Positions 55,119 to 64,000 of a DNA stretch of 64,000 bases are shown here, in pieces. The notes below the pieces were generated by a model that was given only the letters and a program-made list of their open reading frames with translations, made no database searches and was not told the DNA's origin. Numbering within the stretch: the first letter of the stretch is position 1; each line of letters begins with the position of its first letter. A program made the position numbers and the translations under genes. This DNA is from Octopus vulgaris (taxonomy: Eukaryota): assembly GCA_951406725.2 (NCBI GenBank), contig OX597815.1, positions 74,586,001-74,650,000 of the forward strand, given 5' to 3'.

Positions 55119-56555
55119 GGAGTAAACACATAAATGTGAAACAAGGTGGAAAAAAGAGTACTCAAATACCAGTGGTAGAGTAATATGCTTTATTTAAAGC
55201 AGCAGAAAATTCAACAAAATCTGTTACAACAGATTTTGTTGAACTTTAAATAAAGTATATATATATATAGTATATATATATGAATATATATATAAATGTT
55301 TGTTTCCAATTATTGAGATGTTATTTAAGTTAATAGCAACAATAATTAAATAGTTAAATAGTATTGAAATCCTATTGACAACAACGAGACACTCATTTTA
55401 ATTTTGAAGAATAATCAGATTCTAGGATGTTATTTAAAATGTAATTTTGTTTTAGCCAAACGATGGCGTGTCCAGTTTATGTAGTGGTGGGGGACGTTGT
55501 TATACTTTTTATTTTAGTAACATCCTATCGAATTTTGTGGGTGTGGAATTCAGGATTTAATATTTAGGGAAAAAGTTATTTGGGAAAGATCTAAATATGT
55601 TGTTCATGGTATTTACCCATGCGTAGAGATTATGTTTATTACGTAATTATGTTTTTATTAGCACAGTTTAAATGAATTTTTTGGGGGTCGTGTGGGAAAA
55701 GAATTGAAGATAATTTAATTTGGGATTTTGTAAATATCAGCTTTAGGAGAACGCTCATTTTGTTTGTTATTTTAGCCATCTGGATTATTAAAGGTTCATA
55801 TGTAAAGGAATTTGTCAATATGTACGCGTGCGGTAAAAAAGAAAAAAAAACTCACATATTTTAAACGGATGTGGCGCTAGTGAAATTAGGCCCGTGGTAA
55901 AGATGTCTTCATGTAGCTAATATTTTATAGTTTTCTCTTCCGTTTTCATTAGGGTTTGAACCTGCTGTCGAAATGCTTATCAAGAATAATGAATCTCAGG
56001 CTCTGTGATGCAACCCTCCTCTTTTTAAATGCCATACGTTTAATTACAAAATTAACCGACCATAATGTTTTCCTTCCTCCAGGTGTGTGTGTGTGTATGC
56101 GTGTATGTATGTATAAATATAAATAAGAGTACATATGTACGTATATGCGCGTGTCTCTGTATAAATAATTTAATGTTTCAAAATTGACAGTTTTGAAAAT
56201 TAAAGTGTAAAACGCACAATGTTTAAATAAAACAAATAAAAAGTGAAGAATGTTGAAAAAAAAAAAAAAGAAACATACATGCATCAGCATGGCCGCAGCT
56301 CTGAGCTGAAACTTTAAAAAAAATACAATATATATAACGTTTATGTAAAATATAACTTTATGATGATAGAAATAATGATAAAAACGAAATAAAGTAAATA
56401 TATATTGGCGCAGATATGGCAGAATGATCAGGGAGATAGCTTTGCAGCCACGTGTTTTCGGCTTTAGCCCCACTTCATGGTACATTGGCCATGAAGCTCC
56501 AGGCCGACCAGTGCGATGTGCGTGAATTTGGTGGACGAAACTATGAGAAAGCCCG

Positions 56556-56596
<41 letters not shown>

Positions 56597-56619
56597 CGAG
56601 TGTGTATGTGTGTGTGTGT

Positions 56620-56644
<25 letters not shown>

Positions 56645-56651
<7 letters not shown>

Positions 56652-57572
56652 ATTAAGGGCTAAAGAAGGTTATTCTAAAGCCAATACACTGATTTATCCA
56701 CTTATAATCCACTTGTTACAGGAAAATTGAACAGAAAGCGGGCAACTAACCTTTAGAAAATTTAAATTTCGTTATCTCTATATTGAATCAATTTCGGAAT
56801 TAATCCCTATAAAGGATACATTCTTCTTCAGTAGACCTTACAAGGGAATATAAATAAAATACTCACATGTGATCATGGAAAAAGCAGAAGCTAAAAACAC
56901 AACTACATTTTAGTACATCATTTATATCTAAAAATTAAAATTCCTTGGTCAGTCTCAGAACAACGTGTTGACCTATCGCCGCTACATATTGTAATGGTTA
57001 CCGGTCCCCTTGTGTTTACTACTAACAATATAGGATGAAGTCCCTTTCTCTACAGAAAAGGATTCCATCAAAAAGCGTGGCAGTATATTAAAAAAACCTT
57101 TACGGTTGAAGTATAAACATCTTATAATTAAGGGCTAAAGAAAGTTATTCTAAAGCCGATACACTGATTTATCCACTTATAATCCACTTGTTACAGGAAA
57201 ATTGAACTGAACTATTGTTAGTAGTAAACTCACTGCTTGTTACAAGGGGACCGGTAACCATTACAATATGTAGCGGCGATAGGTCAACACGTTGTTCTGA
57301 GACTGACCAAGGAATTTTTAATTCCGAAATTGATTCAATATAGAGATAACGAAATTTAAATTTTCTAAAGGTTAGTTGCCCGCTTTCAGTTCAATTTTCC
57401 TGTAACAAGTGGATTATAAGTGGATAAATCAGTGTATTGGCTTTAGAATAACCTTCTTTAGCCCTTAATTATAAGATGTTTATACTTCAACCGTAAAGGT
57501 TTTTTAATATACTGCCACGCTTTTTGATGGAATCCTTTTCTGTAGAGAAAGGGACTTCATCCTATATTGTTA

Positions 57573-57575
<3 letters not shown>
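56645..57575. mobile_element. PLE-like fold-back repeat between (TA)n tracts, with a hammerhead motif at 56777-56835 (-)
   Basis: 56648-56800 and 56940-57140 recur inverted within 57210-57575. Minus strand TCTA-CTGAAGA-AGAAT...ATTCC-GAAA-TTG(att)CAA-TA|TAGA. Confidence 0.7.
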
Positions 57576-57607
<32 letters not shown>

Positions 57608-57619
57608 TAGATATGTATA

Positions 57620-57991
57620 CTCTTTTACCTGTTTCAGTCATGTGACTGTAGCCATGTTGGAGCACCGCCTTTCGTCGAGCAAATCGACCTCAGGACTTAT
57701 TCTTTGTAAGCCTAGTACTTATTCTATCAGTCTCTTTTGCCGAATTACGGGGACATAAACACACCAGCATCGGTTGACAAGCGATGTTGGGGGGACAAAC
57801 ACAGACACAGAAACACATACATATATACGACGAGCTTCTTTCAGTTTCCATCTACCAAATCCACTCACAAGGCTTTGGTCGGCCCGCGGCTATAGTAGAA
57901 GACACTTGCCCAAGGTGCCACGCAGTGGGACTGAACCCGGAACCATGTGGTTCGTAAGCAAGCTACTTACCTCACAGCCACTCCTACGCCT
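57620..57991 (-). mobile_element. Full-length tRNA-derived SINE family A (young copy)
   Basis: Head with A-box-like TGGCTGTGAGG and B-box GGTTCAGTCCC, internal (TG/TA)n, tail ATGACTGAAACA. Further copies at 1-265, 6285-6450, 40170-40335, 52050-52500 and elsewhere. Confidence 0.85.
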
Positions 57992-58039
57992 ATAGATATG
58001 TATGTATGTACGTACAACGTATGTATGTATGTATGTATG

Positions 58040-58071
<32 letters not shown>

Positions 58072-58119
58072 CATGTACGTATGCATGTATGTATGTATCT
58101 ATCTATCTATCTATCTATA

Positions 58120-58174
<55 letters not shown>

Positions 58175-59177
58175 TGAAGATTGAAGGCTTCGAATGTCTC
58201 GTCCGTGTTTTTTGCCATCGTCTTCTAAATGTTTTGCGTTCTTGTCCCAGTTTGTATTTTTTTTACATATCTCTTATTATGAAAGGCAGATTTTATCTGC
58301 CTCCCTTTGTCAGTTATAGAAATCTACAATATAGGATTTCTTCAATTACAATTTACCTAGCATTTTTAAGAGTAGAATGCATCGGGTCATGCCAGGTCCA
58401 GTTTTTCAAATTTCAACTCCAATTAAGCAAAATTTACAGAAAACTCACATTCTGGTGTGTATGTCAAATGCTTTTCTTAGTGTGGGTTAAAGCACACGCA
58501 TACGCAAACACACACAAACGGAGCGAACCGTTTCACTGACGCTATCACCCTAATTTCTCCTTTCTCTTTGCAAGTCTACCTTACAACACTACTCAAAAAA
58601 AAAGAAAGCAGCAAACAGAAACAAATAAATACATAATGATTTACTCCTCACACAATTTCTTCAATTAGACTTTACCTATGATTTTTCAAAGAACTTCCAT
58701 TGGTTCATGCCATACAAAATTTCTTTCAATTTCACCCCCAATTAAGACAAAATTCGAGAAAACTCAATATTTTAACATTTCACTTTGAAGCCTTTACTCT
58801 GCCTATTACTCCCACTTCCTCTTTAGACACATAGACACGCTAATATATACGACAGTGTCAACTGTTGACAGACATTGTAAGCTAACGTGTGTGTGTGTGT
58901 GTGTGCGTGTGTGTGTGTGAGGGTGCGTGTGTGTGTGTGTGTGTGTGTGACAGGGACGACCCATTCAGACTGGTCATCCTTTTTGCTAGAAGATCACCTA
59001 TGCTACACCACTGGTTTTCAGTTCATATTAATCAAATTAATATTCACAAGAAGAAGGACTATTCATTATAATACATCAGTTCCATCGGACAACTGCACAA
59101 ACATTTGCCATTTTACACATGTATGTAAACAAATTCCTTTCTTTTAGAATTTCAATTCATTTACTTTTTCAATTCAT

Positions 59178-59830
59178 ACAAAGTTTTTTAGGACGAATAT
59201 AACATCTAAAGTTATCTCTAAGAAGCAGAAAGATCGCCCAAAAGTGTATATAGATATTTAAATGTATTTATATATTCATCTATACACACATGTATGTATA
59301 ACGTGTGTGTATATATTTCCATAGAGGTAACCATTCACTCCGCACAAAGTTTTTTAGGACGAATATAACACCTAAAGTTATCTCTAAGAAGCAGAAAGAT
59401 CGCCCAAAAGTGTATATAGATATTTAAATGTATTTATATATTCATCTATACACACATGTATGTATAATGCGTGTGTATATATTTCCATAGAGGTAACCAT
59501 TCACTCCGCACAAAGTTTTTTAGGACGAAAATAACATCTAAAGTTATCTCTAAGTAGCAGTCGCCCAAAAGTGTATATAGACACACACATGTATGTATAA
59601 TGTGTGTGTATATATTTCCATAGAGGTAACCATTCACTCCATACAAAGTTATTTAGGACGAATATAAGATCTAAAGTTATCTCTAAGAAACAGAAAGATC
59701 GCCCAAAAGTGTATATAGATATTTAAATGTATTTATATATTCATCTATGCACACATGTATGTATAACGTGTGTGTATATATTTCCATAGAGGTAACCATT
59801 CACTCCATACAAAGTTTTTTAGGACGAAAA
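59178..59830. repeat. Tandem repeat with ~166-bp unit (about 4 copies)
   Basis: AAGTTWTTTAGGACGAA starts at 59181, 59347, 59513, 59646 and 59812 (periods 166, 166, 133, 166). Confidence 0.95.
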
Positions 59831-60667
59831 TCTTTATATATAAAAGAAAGGTTGTGTGTCTGTCTACTCCGATTTAGATTCCTAACTACTCCCACATTTT
59901 GCGATGCAGTTTAACCAAAACCGAGTATCTTATAGTCGTGATTCATATCGAGCCCTTCTGGGTATTAGCGCGCGTCTACGATGAGTCTACGATTTTACAA
60001 ATAATTTACCATCATTTTTTCCCATTTTAATGCATTTTTTAAAATTAAGGGAAGTAACTCTCAAACTTCACACCAATATGCGTGCTCATATGCGACGTAA
60101 TATCACATCAGCAGCATTTCCTCACAGCCCTCATTGCACTTGGCGAAGGCAAAATACCAGGGGATGAAAATGGTAATATTGCCATCGATTCCATTTGTAC
60201 CATTGTTAAGACGCCTTCTGATGCAGTGTTCCAAGATCTACAAGCTAATTATCAGAATATGGATTGGATTGGCAAAAAGGCTATACTGGCCCCGAGGAAT
60301 AAAACTGTTCACCATATTAATGATGAAATGCTAAAACTCATTCCTGGGGAAGTCTATGTATATCAGTCTATCGATACAACTCCTGACCCAGAGGACGTCA
60401 TCAACTATCCAATAGAGGTACTCAATTCCTTTGAGCACCCCGGACTACCACCACACATTCTCAAACTTAAAGTTGGTGCCCCTATAATGTTCATCAGAAA
60501 TTTGGTTCCCCCAAAACAATGCAATGGCACACGTTTGATCGTTAAGTCCTTATCTCCCAGCGTAAACTTATATCAATATTTGCCTGAATAATCATCATCA
60601 TTCAGTGCAATCATTAACAGTACTTTCAAGTAATTCAGCCCCGAGCAACGCCGGGCAATTCTGCTAG
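59831..60667 (+). mobile_element. Helitron derivative with a PIF1 helicase fragment (60082-60591)
   Basis: A|TC...CTAG|T termini and 3' hairpin; KAILAPRN..V..IN, YPIEVLNS...GLPPH.LKLKVGAPIM.IRNL...CNGTRL are PIF1 motifs. Confidence 0.92.
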
Positions 60668-60779
60668 TAATATATATATATATATACTATAATGGCATCT
60701 CATTGATCTTTTGTACGACCCGTACCCGTACGGGCAGCCTTTTCTATGGTATTTGTGGCTGGCTGGAAAGTGCTTAGGA

Positions 60780-61120
60780 ACTAGATTTAAACATCTCTGC
60801 CAACATTCTAGTCCCTGTTCCACTGGCTCTGCCATGGTCACCTTCACTGTGAATATACTGGATCTCCTCTGTGAATTCACTGTTTTGCAAAGCATCGTCA
60901 TAATACGGGGATGTATAGCGAAAAGTTGTCTCGTCCGAAGATAGTGATGAAATACGCTTTCCTGTGTTGCTAACCAAATTTCTAAGAATGACAGTTGGGT
61001 GATTGGACCTTTTACCAATATAGTATAGGCCTTCATTAGGCTTACGTAAGGGCTTAAAACTATCTAATTATATATCTAGGTTAATATCTAAGAAATTAAC
61101 GCTACTGAGTTTTGTGTCTA
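60780..61120 (-). mobile_element. Penelope-like element RT C-terminal fragment
   Basis: VNFLDINLD..FKPLRKPNEGLYYIGKRSNHPTVILRNLVSNTGKRISSLSSDETTF...PYYDDAL. Confidence 0.85.
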
Positions 61121-61232
61121 TTATCAGCCTGGAGCTTAATGGCCAATGTACCACGAAGTGGGGCTAAACCCGAAAACACGTGGCTGCAAAGCTATCTCCT
61201 TGATCATTCCGCCATATCTGCGCCAATATATA

Positions 61233-61648
61233 CTCTTTTACTCTTTACTCTTTTACTTGTTTCAGTCATTTGACTGTGGCCATGCTGGAGCACCGCCTTT
61301 TAGTCGAGCAAATCGACCCCGGGACTTATTCTTTGTAAGCCCAGTACTTATTCTATCGGTCTCTTTTGCCGAACCGCTAAGTGACGGGGACGTAAACACA
61401 CCAGCATCGGTCGTCAAGCAATGCTAGGGGGACAAACACAGACACACAAACACACACATACATATATATATATATACATATATACGACAAGCTTCTTTCA
61501 GTTTCCGTCTACCAAATCCACTCACAAGGCATTGGTCGGCCCGGGGCTATAGCAGAAGACACTTGCCCAAGATGCCACGCAGTAGGACTGAACCCGGAAC
61601 CATGTGGTTGGTTAGCAAGCTACTTACCACACAGCCACTCCTGCGCCT
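61233..61648 (-). mobile_element. Full-length tRNA-derived SINE family A (young copy)
   Basis: Nearly identical to 57620-57991; inserted in a TATA tract. Confidence 0.88.
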
Positions 61649-62245
61649 ATATATTTACTTTTTTTCGTTTTTATCATTATTAAGATTCTTCCTAAGGCCA
61701 TCGAGTTCATGCTTGTTCGTGCTACGGGTGACTATAAGAACATCATTCCTGTATAATCCTGTATTAAAACAAAAGTGTATTCTAAATACATGTTGTGTAG
61801 GATATAAATACCTATTAACATGTATAATTCTGCTACATCAGCACATCGAATAAGGAATTTCCATTCTTTTTCATCCAGGTGGACTCGTCGAATATGAGTA
61901 AAAATTTCCTGGCATGTAAAATAGCATCTATGTCAGAAGGGTTAGAATCTCAGCTGTGTCCCCTCGAAGCATATCAGCTTATTTCATTATTCCCTATCCG
62001 TATGTACATGTCACATCTGTGGGAGGTATACATAAGAGTTGAAAATACTGAAAAATATTTTCTGCAAAGTAATAATATAAAAACAGAAGATAGAAAAACT
62101 TTTTGGTATTGTTTATTTATTATTACGTGTGCTTAATTTACTTATAGGAGTTATAAAATTGTACATGTAGTACAAAACTACTATTAGCAAATGAAACACG
62201 TGTAATGGCGAATAAGTACAAAAAAATTTCCAAACTCCCGTTTTA

Positions 62246-62283
<38 letters not shown>

Positions 62284-62308
62284 GCGCACGCGCGTACACA
62301 TAATTATA

Positions 62309-62862
62309 TTGGGTTGTCCGGAAAGTTTATGCCGATTTTTAAAGGAAAAAAAGGTCAATAAATACTTGCCATTACATTTTTAATCAACCAAATAAGAACC
62401 ATTGTGTTGCACAATGCATCTCCATCTTTCCTTTAACTTCAAAATACCTTCTTCCCAGAATTGAGGTGGTTTCATGGCAAAGAATTCATAAAGGTATCAT
62501 TTTACGTCATCCAAATAATTGAAATTTTTACCATTAAGATTATTCTGCAGAGACCTGTATATGTGGAAATCCGAAGGAGCAATATCTGGTGAATATGGAG
62601 GGTGGGGTAACACATCCCAGTCGAGCTGCAGCAATTTTTGTCTGGTTCCCAAATCATCAAGTGCCGAAAATGAATTTTCTTATCTTCCATTTTACAGAAT
62701 TAACACAGGTTATAGGAACATAAATCTTCTTCCACGAAAAGATAGCTTAAACTGTGCTCTAAATGGGTGTAGTCAAATCCTATTTTATGGACTCAACCAT
62801 GTTCTAAAATAAATCGAAAGGTAAGCTGCTATAAATCGGCACGAACTTTCCGGACAACCCAA
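62309..62862 (-). mobile_element. Internally deleted mariner transposon
   Basis: TIR TTGGGTTGTCCGGAAAGTT..TGCCGATTT at both ends with TA TSD; fragments MEDKKIHFRHLM and WDVLPHPPYSPDIAPSDFH.YRSLQN. Confidence 0.92.
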
Positions 62863-63594
62863 TATATGTATGTATATGTGTCTCCTGATAAGTGTTGGCG
62901 CATATCCTTGTAACTGTGGCTTGGCAACGCTGATCGATAGGATTAGTACCAGGCTTAAGAAAAACAACTAAACATTGGGATCGATTTGTATTTTGTGTGT
63001 ATTTTGTTTACTTATTGGTTTATTTTAAATCTATCCTATTTAATTTTTGTATGTTTGCCGTTTTTCCTGAGTACATATCTATGCGTGCGTGTATCTATCT
63101 AACTACCTACATACCTACCTGTTTGTCTATCTTGTTCTCACGCCCTGCACACAGACACACACACACTCACACATCAAAGGTTAAGCAGAAAAGGGAAAAA
63201 TAGACGAAAACTGAGCGAAAACATAACGGACAAAAAAAAAGAGACAAAACCATGATAGAAGGAGCATTCGCAGCTGATTTTTCTCATTAGTTGGTTTCCG
63301 AGAGGTATTAGTGGTTTCGCGACTTTTGAAACCAAGACCACTGTTATCACGGGAGTGCCGGAGCATTAAGCTACAGGAAACGCTGACGAATGTATACGAG
63401 GACAGAACAAAATAACATTACGTGTACAGCATGCAAAATGATGACAAAGATATAACAAAAACGGAATGGTACATTACAATAGAAAATGCCTTTATGCTGT
63501 TCAATAAGCAAAAGGAATAATTATACGTATACAGTACTAATACAATACAATACTAACAGAAACAAACCTGTTCGGCTATCAAAACAGACGTATT

Positions 63595-63670
<76 letters not shown>

Positions 63671-64000
63671 CGTGTGTGTGTGTGTTCGTGCGCGTGCGTG
63701 TGTGTGTGTGTGTGTGTGTGTATGTATTATGTATATATATAAATATTATTACAAATTTGGGATTTGTAATATTTATATATTAGAGTTTAGCTCCCTCCCC
63801 CATTCTGTTCCAATTAACAAAAAAAACAATCTATGCAAAATTTTAGCTCAGTGGAACAACTGCAAGGCGACCCTCATCGACCATGATATTTTAAAGTTTT
63901 GGCCCAGAAAATCATGATGGGTATACTGGGCTTCGTAAATTTTACCCCAGTGTCATTTTGATGACATGTACTGCTCTCTCACTCAATAATAATAATAATA

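Noticed and set aside
57900-57991. tRNA-like A/B boxes
   Set aside because: SINE head; no complete cloverleaf, and many decayed copies exist in the window.
59178-59830. Regular repeat considered as a CRISPR-like array
   Set aside because: Units repeat in full with no unique spacers, there are no cas genes, and the context is eukaryotic.
60082-60591. Possible host PIF1 helicase gene
   Set aside because: Partial, intronless and enclosed by Helitron TC/CTAG termini.

Overview
AT-rich, microsatellite- and transposon-dense eukaryotic DNA. The SINE families and repeat landscape suggest a coleoid cephalopod, probably Octopus (inference). The only host gene I can support is the 3' part of DRC3/LRRC48 (dynein regulatory complex subunit 3) on the + strand: seven coding exons from 561 to the stop at 50381, 1122 nt (373 aa plus stop), with the N-terminal LRR exons upstream of the window. 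One intron (10803-13416) looks like a minor-spliceosome (U12) intron with rare AT-AT termini. The 28-kb intron 17856-45878 and the downstream region hold degenerate non-LTR retrotransposons (Tx1/L1, R4/Dong-like RLE, RTE), Penelope-like elements (PLEs), mariner/pogo/piggyBac-like MITEs, Helitrons and tRNA-SINEs. Most notable: several unrelated PLE-type repeat families carry minimal type-I hammerhead ribozyme motifs, including a sense-strand pair 268 nt apart, and CpG content rises sharply part-way through the gene. Most ORFs in the supplied track are microsatellite or TE artefacts. Family assignments come from remembered motifs, not database searches, and TE boundaries are approximate.
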